DNA of 63,966 bases, filler included, from 8 parts of 8 records of this genome joined end to end with filler, not necessarily neighbours in it; one strand, 5' to 3'. Numbered from the whole stretch's first letter, positions 10,444 to 19,678 are shown. The notes: generated by a model from the sequence alone, not told the origin. Made by a program: numbers and translations.

Positions 10444-10983
10444 ATGGCTAGATTATTAACAAAATATAACGAAGAGATTGTACCTTCTCTTCAAAAAGAT
10501 TTAGGTCTTTCTAATATCATGCAAGTGCCTAAATTAGAAAAAATTATCGTTAACATGGGTGTTGGGGAAGCTACTCAAAACTCAAAGTTAATTGATGCTG
10601 CTTCTAAAGATTTAGGAATTATTTCAGGACAAAAACCATTAATTATTAAAGCGAAAAAATCTGAAGCTGGATTCAAATTAAGAGAAGGACAAGCTATCGG
10701 ATGTAAAGTAACTTTAAGAAATGAAAAAATGTATGAATTTTTAGATAGATTAGTAAATGCAGTTTTACCAAGAGTAAGAGATTTTGAAGGAATTTCTTCA
10801 AAAGCTTTTGACGGAAGAGGTAACTACTCATTAGGGTTAACTGATCAATTAGTTTTCCCTGAAATTGAATATGATAAAGTTGAAAAGTTATTTGGAATGT
10901 CAATTAGTTTTGTTTCTTCAGCTAAATCTGATGAAGAAGGAAAAGCTTTACTAACTGCATTCGGAATGCCTTTTAAAAAGTAA
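10444..10983 (+). CDS. rplE: 50S ribosomal protein L5
   Basis: [32 protein letters not shown]. Confidence 0.98.
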   Translation: MARLLTKYNEEIVPSLQKDLGLSNIMQVPKLEKIIVNMGVGEATQNSKLIDAASKDLGIISGQKPLIIKAKKSEAGFKLREGQAIGCKVTLRNEKMYEFLDRLVNAVLPRVRDFEGISSKAFDGRGNYSLGLTDQLVFPEIEYDKVEKLFGMSISFVSSAKSDEEGKALLTAFGMPFKK

Positions 10984-10998
10984 GGAGGGAAAGTTTAA

Positions 10999-11286
10999 AT
11001 GGCAAAAAAAGCAATGGTTCAGCGTGATGTTAAAAGAACCGCTATGGTTGAAAAATATGCTGAAAAAAGAGCTGAATTAAAAGCAAGAGCGAAACAAGGA
11101 GATAGAGAAGCTATCGATGCTTTGGCGAAATTACCAAGAAACGCATCTCCTTCAAGAACAAGAAATAGATGTGAATTAAATGGAAGACCTAGAGGATATA
11201 TGAGAGAATTTGGAATCTCGAGAGTACAGTTTAGACAATTAGCTGGTGCAGGTTTAATTCCTGGCGTTAAAAAATCTAGCTGGTAA
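10999..11286 (+). CDS. rpsN: 30S ribosomal protein S14 (long, Zn-independent type)
   Basis: [31 protein letters not shown]; only one Cys. Confidence 0.97.
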   Translation: MAKKAMVQRDVKRTAMVEKYAEKRAELKARAKQGDREAIDALAKLPRNASPSRTRNRCELNGRPRGYMREFGISRVQFRQLAGAGLIPGVKKSSW

Positions 11287-11306
11287 GAAAGGAGGACTAA
11301 AAGTCT

Positions 11307-11702
11307 ATGTTTTTAACTGATCCAATAGCAGATATGCTAACAAGAATAAGAAATGCAAATTCAGCTTCTCATGAAAGAGTTGATATACCTCACTCAAAAG
11401 AGAAAGAAGCGATTGCAAACGTATTAAAAGATCAAGGATTCATTTTAAACTATAAAGTAATTCAAGACGGAAACAAAAAGAACATCAGAGTATACTTAAA
11501 ATATGTTGCCGGTCAAAAAGTAATCAAAGGAATTAAGAGAATCTCTAAACCTGGAAGAAGAGTTTACTCAGGCGCTACAGAAATGCCGAGAGTACTTTCT
11601 GGATTAGGAGTAGCAGTAGTTTCAACTCCAAAAGGTGTTGTAACTGATAAATTTTGTAGAGAAAACAACGTAGGTGGAGAAGTAATCTGCTTCGTATGGT
11701 AA
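11307..11702 (+). CDS. rpsH: 30S ribosomal protein S8
   Basis: [24 protein letters not shown]. Confidence 0.98.
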   Translation: MFLTDPIADMLTRIRNANSASHERVDIPHSKEKEAIANVLKDQGFILNYKVIQDGNKKNIRVYLKYVAGQKVIKGIKRISKPGRRVYSGATEMPRVLSGLGVAVVSTPKGVVTDKFCRENNVGGEVICFVW

Positions 11703-11733
11703 GACGATTTAAGAAAATAGGAGGTGCACGTTA

Positions 11734-11825
11734 ATGTCAAGAGTAGGTAATAAAGCAGTAGTTATGCCTGCAGGTGTACAAGTTACAGTTAATGGTAACG
11801 ATGTAACTGTTAAAGGACCTAAAGG
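11734..11825 (+). CDS. rplF: 50S ribosomal protein L6 (N-terminal fragment)
   Basis: [31 protein letters not shown], cut by contig end. Confidence 0.93.
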
Positions 11826-11925
11826 NNNNNNNNNNNNNNNNNNNNNNNNNNNNNNNNNNNNNNNNNNNNTTAATTAATTAANNNNNNNNNNNNNNNNNNN
11901 NNNNNNNNNNNNNNNNNNNNNNNNN
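11826..11925. other. Artificial contig spacer
   Basis: N-run with TTAATTAATTAA. Confidence 0.98.
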
Positions 11926-12061
11926 TCTGCCCGGCAGGGGCTGATAACGGCTTTTATTTTCACTTATGAAGATTATGCCACTAGGAACCCCTTCGCCTGG
12001 AGGTGTTTAGAACCACCTCCTCGATAAGAAGGAGAGCTAATAGTAGGCTTATAAAATTCAT
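11926..12061 (-). promoter_or_regulatory. Putative branched-chain amino-acid attenuator; leader peptide at 11981-12061
   Basis: MNFISLLLALLLIEEVVLNTSRRRGS with tandem CTA codons, internal GGAGGTG/CACCTCC hairpin, then the start of a GC-rich terminator-like stem AAAAGCCGTT... Confidence 0.65.
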
Positions 12062-12222
12062 AATCAATTTATTCACTTTAATTAAAATTAATTTATTATA
12101 TATAAACTAAATGAAGTCAAGAAAAAAATAACGATTTTCAAATGTATGACAAATTAAAGAGCTGATTTATTTCCAATTTTCTTCCGGCAATTGGATCAGC
12201 AAGTCCGGTAAAACGGATGCGT

Positions 12223-12432
12223 TTAAAAGGGAACATCTTCATCATTTAAATCATCAGGGTCAAAAGGCATCATCTCGTTCATTAAATCAAAAAAGACGCC
12301 CAGGGACTGACACAAATTTTTTATAATTCGGCTATGGGCCTCCTTTGCACTGAGATCTTTTGTTTTGGACATTGTTTTCAATTCAGCAGTCAGTTCTTTT
12401 GTTAAACCAGTGATGATTACTTCAGGATCCAT
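12223..12432 (-). CDS. Small hypothetical protein with acidic ...DDLNDEDVPF C-terminus
   Basis: GGAGGAG RBS before ATG 12432; 69 aa. Confidence 0.7.
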   Translation of the reverse strand: MDPEVIITGLTKELTAELKTMSKTKDLSAKEAHSRIIKNLCQSLGVFFDLMNEMMPFDPDDLNDEDVPF

Positions 12433-12494
12433 TAATTTCTCCTCCAATTTTGGTTACTAAATATTTGTTATTTCGTACACCTGCTTTTGTTTTA

Positions 12495-13604
12495 TCAATC
12501 CACATTCAAGACAACGGAAAAACAGCTGAAGGCGGCCCAGACAGAATCGCCCACACCAAGACCCAGCCATTGGGCACCCTGTGTTGACACCAGGGCACAT
12601 AATGATGTTCCGTCCTTGACACGCACGATATATTCCGTATTGATCCGGCCGGCATTAATTTGCTCGATCATGCCGGAAAACCGGTTTTCGGCAGTGCATT
12701 CCGGCTCTTTTTCTCCACGATACAAGATCACCAGGGGGGCTTTGACCTCTGCCATAATCAATCTTGATTCTTTTAATAAAAGCCGTTCCATGCTGTTGTT
12801 GGTGATCACGGCCTCAATGGTATCGCCCCCGGCGGTTGTCAATGAGACCCGGGTCTGGATGTCCCCTTTTTGAAGTGCCTGGATTTTGCCGAAAAAGGAA
12901 TTTCTGGCACTGGTTTTACGCGACGCTTCCCTTTCGATGAAAAGTTTTGTGACCTGTGCAATGTCGTCTTTGGAAAAAGAGACATAGGCAGTGGTAAGGT
13001 TCATGGTTGAATGACCCAGCATGGCCTGCACAGCCGGCATGGGCATATTGCGCTGCATCAACTCCACTGCCCTTGCCTTCCGGATCATTTCCGGGCCCCC
13101 AAGCTTTTTGGGAAAGCCTAAAGCCTGGGCCCGCTCGTAAAATTTGCGCCGGACAAATCCGGGATCAACATTGAGTTGTTTTTCCAGAAACCGCCTGAAT
13201 GACGGATCGTTAAGCATCAGTTCAAGTTCAGACGCAAGCGTGGTGGAAATCCTGACAACTCTCGGATCTGTACGGGTATCGGGCGCTCCATTACCCAAAT
13301 CCACCAACTGCCGGTTGAAATCAATACGTTTAAGCGGATCAAGGGCCAAAATTTCATTTAACTTTGCACCCGTGTACCGGATCAGCAGAAAAATGACAAG
13401 GATACGGCGGCGGGATAATTGAACATCTGCCCGGGGAGATTGGGTTGCCCAGGCCCTGAATGCCCGCTCCAGGCGGTCGAGCTGGACCGAATCCAGACAA
13501 TGGCCTGTCTCCGGGATCGAAACCATACGCCCCTGGCCCATACCGCCCTGAGAGGGTGACTGGGGGGTTGGTAACGGGAAATCGGCGCTTGTTTTAGAAT
13601 CCAT
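12495..13604 (-). CDS. TunR/TaoR-type regulator: degenerate tyrosine-recombinase domain plus two TOBE domains
   Basis: YTGAKLNEILAL, PEMIRKARAVEL, MLGHS..TTAY followed by TSARNSFFGKI and TAENRFSGMI Mop/TOBE repeats. Confidence 0.85.
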   Translation of the reverse strand: MDSKTSADFPLPTPQSPSQGGMGQGRMVSIPETGHCLDSVQLDRLERAFRAWATQSPRADVQLSRRRILVIFLLIRYTGAKLNEILALDPLKRIDFNRQLVDLGNGAPDTRTDPRVVRISTTLASELELMLNDPSFRRFLEKQLNVDPGFVRRKFYERAQALGFPKKLGGPEMIRKARAVELMQRNMPMPAVQAMLGHSTMNLTTAYVSFSKDDIAQVTKLFIEREASRKTSARNSFFGKIQALQKGDIQTRVSLTTAGGDTIEAVITNNSMERLLLKESRLIMAEVKAPLVILYRGEKEPECTAENRFSGMIEQINAGRINTEYIVRVKDGTSLCALVSTQGAQWLGLGVGDSVWAAFSCFSVVLNVD

Positions 13605-13682
13605 TTATGCTCTCTTTTATTCACAACTAACCATTCCTACACATTTTATAGCACAAGTGAGCATAAAAGCTGGTGACTTTTC

Positions 13683-13747
13683 TTGACAAGTGAATTTAAC
13701 ATTTATAGACTAACACGAAAAAAATATTTATCGTGTTAGTCTATAAA
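13683..13747 (+). promoter_or_regulatory. Sigma70 promoter overlapped by a 17-bp-arm palindromic operator
   Basis: TTGACA(13683)-N17-TAGACT(13706); TTTATAGACTAACACGA-N12-TCGTGTTAGTCTATAAA (13702-13747). Confidence 0.8.
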
Positions 13748-13773
13748 ACCAAAGGTCATCAAACGGAGGCAAA

Positions 13774-14739
13774 ATGTTTTTTCATACCGCCGGCATTGAA
13801 GTCCAACCCTGGATTCCTCCATTGGTGACGTTCGGGATATCATTTTTCACCTCCATGGGCGGTATATCCGGGGCTTTTCTCCTGCTGCCGTTTCAAATGT
13901 CGTTTCTGGGATATGTAAATCCTTCGGTCAGTGCAACCAACCAATTGTTCAATATTGTTGCCATTCCCAGCGGTGTATTCCGGTATTGGCGGGAGGGAAA
14001 AATGGTATGGCCCCTGACCTGGGTGGTGGTCCTGGGTACCCTGCCGGGTGTATTCCTGGGGGCTTTTTTGCGGGTGGCCTATCTGCCGGATCCGGACCGG
14101 TTTAAGTTGTTTGCATCTGCTGTCCTGTTTTATATCGGGATCAAAATGACAAGGGCATTACTGAAAGAACGCAATGCAGAACCCAACGCCCCGACCACCA
14201 GATCACTTGAATCCCAGGACATGGATGACCGTCATTGTTCCCGGTCGGTTGATCCGGAGGAACCTTTTGCAGCCAGTGTAACAAATCCGGACGTCTCCCG
14301 ATTTAATCTAAAGCGGCTTCGCTATATCGTTGACGGCCAGGCATTTGACATATCGTTTTGGGGTATCTTCAGCCTCAGTTTCATCGTGGGCATCGTGGGA
14401 GGGGTATATGGTATCGGCGGGGGAGCCATTATTGCGCCGTTTTTTGTGACATTTTTCAGGCTTCCGGTTCACACCGTGGCGGGTGCAACGCTCATGGGAA
14501 CCTTTATCACCTCAATCGCCGGGGTTGCGTTTTACCAGCTGATTGCCCCTTTTTTTCCGGACCTGTCCGTAGCACCGGACTGGGGCTTGGGCCTCTTGTT
14601 CGGGTTTGGCGGGATGGCCGGGATGTATCTGGGTGCTTACTGCCAGAAATATGTTTCGGCCAACCTGATCAAATGGATGCTCTCAGGTATTATTCTCCTT
14701 ACCGCTGCCCGGTATGCGGCTGCGTTTTTATGTTTTTAA
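13774..14739 (+). CDS. TauE/SafE (TSUP) family anion exporter
   Basis: TSMGGISGAFLLLP and GGVYGIGGGAIIAP repeats, multi-TM. Confidence 0.88.
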   Translation: MFFHTAGIEVQPWIPPLVTFGISFFTSMGGISGAFLLLPFQMSFLGYVNPSVSATNQLFNIVAIPSGVFRYWREGKMVWPLTWVVVLGTLPGVFLGAFLRVAYLPDPDRFKLFASAVLFYIGIKMTRALLKERNAEPNAPTTRSLESQDMDDRHCSRSVDPEEPFAASVTNPDVSRFNLKRLRYIVDGQAFDISFWGIFSLSFIVGIVGGVYGIGGGAIIAPFFVTFFRLPVHTVAGATLMGTFITSIAGVAFYQLIAPFFPDLSVAPDWGLGLLFGFGGMAGMYLGAYCQKYVSANLIKWMLSGIILLTAARYAAAFLCF

Positions 14740-14800
14740 ACTTCGCCGGAACCCGTCAAAGCGTGATATCAATTTCGAATGGCCCATATGATTTATAAAA

Positions 14801-15000
14801 ATTCAAGCCCTTGAAGAGACTGCCTATTTATTACGCTCACCGAAACAAAACGTAACCCTTTTGAGGGTGTCGGGAAACCTGAGCCCTTGAAACATGCCCT
14901 TTCTGGATACTGGTCAAGGCGGATAAATGACGAACATAGATTTGTTTATAAAATCTCAGATAATGCGATTCTTATTGCACAGCTGAGATATCACTACTGA
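14801..15000 (+). pseudogene. yoeB: Collapsed yefM-yoeB toxin-antitoxin remnant
   Basis: YefM-like IQALEETAYLLRSPK (14801-14845) joined out of frame to the YoeB C-terminal half ETKRNPFEGVGKPEPLKHALSGYWSRRINDEHRFVYK...RYHY; no start for either. Confidence 0.85.
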
Positions 15001-15013
15001 CTCATCTTCTTTG

Positions 15014-15094
15014 CTCCAACCTTAAGTTAAGGGGCCTCCACGCGGTCAAAAAAAGCCAGTAGGTTGATGCCCGTCTTCAACTTATTTGTTGTGC
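15014..15094 (-). mobile_element. attC-like integron cassette site 1
   Basis: Minus strand GCACAAC..AAGTT(G)AAG...CTTAACTT..GTTGGAG; imperfect palindrome with one extrahelical base. Confidence 0.65.
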
Positions 15095-15200
15095 CATATA
15101 TTCAAGAATATATGCCCCTCTCTCAAAATTAAAATCAACTTATTGTTCTATAAAATTGATTCTGACCGATCGTCGAGCGGTAACGAAAATAATGTATTAA

Positions 15201-15301
15201 ATGTAACGGTTGAGATCAGGGGCAGCCGACCATCGGGAGGGGACTTGGGGCATGCTTGGATGAAAGCCGCCCCAAGCTGTCCGCTGCATTGATTGTTATC
15301 T
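15201..15301 (-). mobile_element. attC-like integron cassette site 2
   Basis: Minus strand AGATAAC AATCAAT(G)CAGCGGAC...GCCCCTGATCTCAACC GTTACAT; internal CTTGGGGC/GCCCCAAG stem; begins 10 nt after the cassette ORF stop. Confidence 0.8.
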
Positions 15302-15310
15302 TTCAATATT

Positions 15311-15577
15311 TTAGAAAGTACTTTTGATCACCTCAGGACAAGATAGGTCAAGACCCAATAAGCATTTCTCAACCGAATTGTGTATTTCTTTTTCTGTACG
15401 AAGCGAACTTTCCACTGTAAGCAAATAATTATTTTCATCCATGGAAATTTTTGCTTGAGGATCATCAAGAAAAGTCGCCAATTCAATAGGAACTCGTTTG
15501 ATTTTTTCTGGGAAACCAAGTTTTGTTTTCGATATGCCTGACGTGGACTCTTCGATACGATATTTATATTTTAACAT
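15311..15577 (-). CDS. Hypothetical gene-cassette protein (88 aa)
   Basis: AAGGAG RBS before ATG 15577; AT-rich; lies between attC-like sites. Confidence 0.65.
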   Translation of the reverse strand: MLKYKYRIEESTSGISKTKLGFPEKIKRVPIELATFLDDPQAKISMDENNYLLTVESSLRTEKEIHNSVEKCLLGLDLSCPEVIKSTF

Positions 15578-15685
15578 ACTCGTCTCCTTTATATATTCGC
15601 TTGATTTTAGCAATTACACATTTCACGGATTCTGTACAACTTTTGAAAGGCAAATGCGAGTTCCCTCTAATTGACTGTTTTCGAA

Positions 15686-15734
15686 AGATAATATCCAAAT
15701 CAACGGCTCGCTCGGTGCATTTGAGTTGTTTGAA
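15686..15734 (-). mobile_element. Degenerate short attC-like site 3
   Basis: Minus strand TTCAAAC AACTCAAAT(G)CACCG..CGTTGATTTGGAT ATTATCT; the crossover GTT reads ATT. Confidence 0.5.
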
Positions 15735-15811
15735 ATTCATCGTACAAAAAATAAGATTTGACTCCACGCAGAGTGCTCTGCTGGCTAAAGTTTTGACCTG
15801 GTAGGACTTTT

Positions 15812-16942
15812 TTATTCTTCTCTATCCTGCCTTTCCTTTTTATAGGCTTCAAAGTCTAGGTGGATGTTTGGGGGCAGCTGGGGGGTACCTGAGTCATCTT
15901 TGGAATCTTCTTGTATAACACTTTCGTTTGTCTGCATTGCCACACTTTGTTTAAATTCCTTGAATTCAGTTGACATATCAGTGATGACAGAGGTTAAATG
16001 ATTTAATGATGCAATTATCTGGTCGGATAAAGGGTTTTTCTCTTCAGAAACCTTATCCGGCGTTGGTTTTTGAGCAGGTTCTTTGGTCTCGTCCAGGGGG
16101 TGTGCCGTTTTGTTATTTTTCTTTTTAGGCAGTTTCAGGTGTGTTCCCGCAACTTCCATATACTTTTCCCAGAACGATTCAAAGCTGTCGTCACCGTTAG
16201 CTTTGCCGGGATTGTCTAACAGAAATTCAGTCAGCTGCTCTATACCGGCAGCAGCTCGGGTCGAAGGATACAACAACGTGAAAGGACGTTGCCGGGTGAC
16301 TGCAGCTGACACGGTTTCGTCGTTGGGAAGGCAGCCGGCATAGGAGATTTCAATGGGAAGGTATTGCTTTACGGTATCATTAAACTTATCGAAAACCGTC
16401 TTTGCAAATCGTTCGTTTTTGGCCTTGTTCATGACCAGCTTTACCGGGATATCATACCCATTCAGGGAAAGCACCTTTAACATTGAATATCCATCGGTTA
16501 GTGATGTTGGCTCTGACGTTACGACCAGAATCACTTCCTGAGACGCCAGACAAAAAGAGAGAATATCCCTGGATATACCGGCTGACGTATCAAAAAAAAG
16601 GACATCATATCCCTCGAGACATGCGAACGATTCGATTAGCCGAGAGATGCCTTCAGGTGTCATGGCGGCCAGTTTTTCAACACCGGTGCCGCCTGGAATT
16701 ATGTCTACACCGCAAGAATCTTGGATCAATATATCCTGGATCTGTTTTTCTCCATTCACAACATCCTCAAGCGTGAATTCCGGCCTGATTCCCATCAGTA
16801 TATTAATATTGGCTAAGCCAAGATCGGCATCAAAGATGCAGGTGCGCAATCCTGCCTTTGCAAACTGAACCGCCAGATTCACGCAAATGTTTGTTTTTCC
16901 GACACCTCCTTTTCCACTGGTTACGGTGATTACCCGTTTCAT
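15812..16942 (-). CDS. FlhG/FleN-like MinD/ParA ATPase with C-terminal extension
   Basis: SGKGGVGKT deviant Walker A, DADLGLAN, EPTSLTDGY. Confidence 0.88.
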   Translation of the reverse strand: MKRVITVTSGKGGVGKTNICVNLAVQFAKAGLRTCIFDADLGLANINILMGIRPEFTLEDVVNGEKQIQDILIQDSCGVDIIPGGTGVEKLAAMTPEGISRLIESFACLEGYDVLFFDTSAGISRDILSFCLASQEVILVVTSEPTSLTDGYSMLKVLSLNGYDIPVKLVMNKAKNERFAKTVFDKFNDTVKQYLPIEISYAGCLPNDETVSAAVTRQRPFTLLYPSTRAAAGIEQLTEFLLDNPGKANGDDSFESFWEKYMEVAGTHLKLPKKKNNKTAHPLDETKEPAQKPTPDKVSEEKNPLSDQIIASLNHLTSVITDMSTEFKEFKQSVAMQTNESVIQEDSKDDSGTPQLPPNIHLDFEAYKKERQDREE

Positions 16943-16956
16943 TCACTTTTTCCTTT

Positions 16957-18231
16957 TTAAGGTACTGGTGATGCAAAGAGGTCTGGTTTTCCCTCTTTGA
17001 TGATACACCTGAATTGGACACCGGAGCAATTGTAGGTGTTGCAGATTGAGTTGAAATTTTTCTCAATAAATTCCATAAACCAGATTTCCTCTCTGGGATT
17101 TTCACTTTTTTCTTTAGTTGGCAGCATCTGGGTTTTGTAAGCCTGGTATAGTGATTTTATCTCGACATGCTGCTCTTTGAGCTGATTTATGACGACTACG
17201 GTCCCTTCTGAATGATGCTGGTCTGAAAGAAATCGATCTGCAGCTTTGGGCAGTACTTCTCCATAAAGCAGCGCATACAATTGTTCAAATTTTTCATCGG
17301 TGATCAACACACAGGTCATCTGGATATTCTGATGGAGGGACCTTAACCCCTGCATACTCCAGATCTTGGAGGGATTAGATACGCCAAGTGTCATTTTATC
17401 TCCACTCCAGAACAAGGGGAGTATTTGATGCTCTGAGGCATATCGTTGGCCGATTATATTTCGCAGTTCAGCTTTTTGTTTTTCATAGTAAATGTACCCC
17501 TCTAACTTCTGGAACGGTGTATTGTACTGAATCGAAAGGGCAAAGTAGAGCTGGTCAATGGCAACCCATTTATTTTCCAGTAGTATTGTTCCTAGAGTTT
17601 TATAGGCCACTGATTGCATGGTAAGCGCTTTTTCAAGATCCTCCTCATGGATCATGGCCTGCTGTAAAAGGATCTGTCCCAGCTTGAGGTCCCGGCTGAA
17701 CTTGCGGAATGCATGGTTCAGTTCAGATAAGGTAACACGGTTCTGTTCAAATAGAATTTCACAAGTAGATTTGTTGTAATGTTTAAGCTTTACGGCTGAT
17801 TCCAGGTCTCCTTCCTGGATCAGGTGGTGTTTGACAGCCTGCTTGGCCAGCAATAGGTTGTCCAGCTGTTCATAAACCAGTTTTTTGCGATCTTCGTCAG
17901 ACAGATATCCTTTTGACCATAGTATCTGGCTGAGGGGACGATCCTGTTTTTTAACCTGGTTTTGGCACTCATTTAGTTGATCCTGAGAGACCAGTCCGGT
18001 TTTAACTGCCCGTTCTCCAATCTGCATCTGTACCTCAGGAAGAGACAACAAGCTTACCAATTGACCCTTTGTAATTTTTTTTTGACCCAGAAGAATAAGG
18101 CCCAGTTGTTTTTTAGATTGACCCACATGGGTTTTACGGATGTCCCGAGCTTCGGCCATTTCATGATCAGCTACAAACCTTTCAGCAATCAGGAGTTCTT
18201 CGATTTTTAAATATGCCGCTTTATCGTTCAT
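16957..18231 (-). CDS. Multi-MshEN / T2SSE-N-like protein lacking an ATPase domain
   Basis: KLGQILLQQAMIHEEDLEKALTMQ..TLGTILL and QLGLILLGQKKITKGQL repeats; no Walker A box. Confidence 0.7.
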   Translation of the reverse strand: MNDKAAYLKIEELLIAERFVADHEMAEARDIRKTHVGQSKKQLGLILLGQKKITKGQLVSLLSLPEVQMQIGERAVKTGLVSQDQLNECQNQVKKQDRPLSQILWSKGYLSDEDRKKLVYEQLDNLLLAKQAVKHHLIQEGDLESAVKLKHYNKSTCEILFEQNRVTLSELNHAFRKFSRDLKLGQILLQQAMIHEEDLEKALTMQSVAYKTLGTILLENKWVAIDQLYFALSIQYNTPFQKLEGYIYYEKQKAELRNIIGQRYASEHQILPLFWSGDKMTLGVSNPSKIWSMQGLRSLHQNIQMTCVLITDEKFEQLYALLYGEVLPKAADRFLSDQHHSEGTVVVINQLKEQHVEIKSLYQAYKTQMLPTKEKSENPREEIWFMEFIEKNFNSICNTYNCSGVQFRCIIKEGKPDLFASPVP

Positions 18232-18290
18232 CCCTTATATTCATTCTTCCGAAAGGTATTGATTTATTAGGTAGGGGAACCGAATCCTGA

Positions 18291-19373
18291 TCATTTATCT
18301 GCCTCATCATATCTGCGTGCCGCTTCAACAAGAATATGCATCAGGGGAAGATTGATATCAATTTTTTTTTCAGAATCAGCCTGGGCAACTTCTATGGCTG
18401 AGTCTTTCCAGTTAATAATATCATAGGCTGCATTTTGTTTTGTTTTATTACCTGTTTCAGCTGCAATCAGCTGACCTTTTCGAAAATGCAAAAATCCTAT
18501 TCTGTTGGCAGATCTTACCTGGAGTGTACAGGTTTTTTCTTCCATCTCAATCATTTGAAGAAAGGCAGTCGTGCTGAAACCTTCGATTTCCCCTTTTGGG
18601 TCTGAGTGTAGATTTGACTGGATTGATGTAAGGATCGTCGCCATATCCAGCGGCTTTTCAAAAACAGCGTCCAATTTTAAATTTGGCAATGATTCCTTGA
18701 ATTCAGATGCAGGGTGCCAGGTCATCAGAAAAAGACTCATATTGGGTTCACGCCTCTGAATCGCTTTAAGCAGTTGGACTCCATCAATATCAGGAAGATT
18801 CAGATCGGCAGCTACGGCTTTTATTTTTATGAATTTTATAAGCTCAAGAGCTATCTTTCCATTTTCGGCGGTAAGCACATCATACTGATCCATAGTATTA
18901 ACAGCTGCTGCAAACACACTTAATATTTCCGGGTCATCATCGACGATGAGAAGTTTGTCTCTGTGGGAAGATTCAGTTTCTGGCGTTTTAGCCCAATGGC
19001 GATGTCTATGATATTGTTCAACACCGTCCTGAATCGCTTTGTCAAGTAAGTGAGGTTTGCAGGGTTTTATCAGAAATCTGAATATTTTGCCCCCGTTCAA
19101 CGCTTTTAAGGAGATATCGAGTTTGCTGTCTCCGGTTAGCATGACGATGATGGTGTCCAGATCAATTTTTTTTACTTTTTCAACAAACTCAAACCCATTC
19201 ATTTCTGCCATGTGGAGGCTGGTTATTATGACAGGGTATGGACCTTTGCCAACCACGGCATTAAGCCCCTTTTCACCTCCAAGGGCCAGATCAATATCAA
19301 ATACAGAATTCAAGCGTCGTTGACTTTCTTCAATAAACGAAAGGTCGTCATCGACGAACAAAATTTTATCCAT
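18291..19373 (-). CDS. REC-REC-DUF4388 (PATAN-like) response regulator
   Basis: Two (F/I)VDDD...KP receiver domains; C-terminal FLQMIEMEEKTCTL..G.LHF..G.LI.A..LVEAARRYDE. Confidence 0.85.
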   Translation of the reverse strand: MDKILFVDDDLSFIEESQRRLNSVFDIDLALGGEKGLNAVVGKGPYPVIITSLHMAEMNGFEFVEKVKKIDLDTIIVMLTGDSKLDISLKALNGGKIFRFLIKPCKPHLLDKAIQDGVEQYHRHRHWAKTPETESSHRDKLLIVDDDPEILSVFAAAVNTMDQYDVLTAENGKIALELIKFIKIKAVAADLNLPDIDGVQLLKAIQRREPNMSLFLMTWHPASEFKESLPNLKLDAVFEKPLDMATILTSIQSNLHSDPKGEIEGFSTTAFLQMIEMEEKTCTLQVRSANRIGFLHFRKGQLIAAETGNKTKQNAAYDIINWKDSAIEVAQADSEKKIDINLPLMHILVEAARRYDEADK

Positions 19374-19578
19374 CTGTATGATAAATCCAGTATAAATGCG
19401 ATTCAGTCATCAAACGTTTCATGAGTTAGAACGCGGTGGTGGTTGTATAAATAATAAATTCAATTATGAGTTGATAATAGCATGCTGTGAAAGATAGGCA
19501 AGTACTTTTTGTTCAAGCCTTTCAAGAACATAGAAGATAACATTTTAGTTTTGGCTCATGTCGCGTTTTGGGGTCTTA

Positions 19579-19678
19579 NNNNNNNNNNNNNNNNNNNNNN
19601 NNNNNNNNNNNNNNNNNNNNNNTTAATTAATTAANNNNNNNNNNNNNNNNNNNNNNNNNNNNNNNNNNNNNNNNNNNN
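19579..19678. other. Artificial contig spacer
   Basis: N-run with TTAATTAATTAA. Confidence 0.98.

Noticed and set aside
12495-13604. Recombinase-fold protein as the integron integrase or a prophage integrase
   Set aside because: Catalytic R and HxxR are substituted, it is fused to TOBE domains, and I see no IntI-specific insertion
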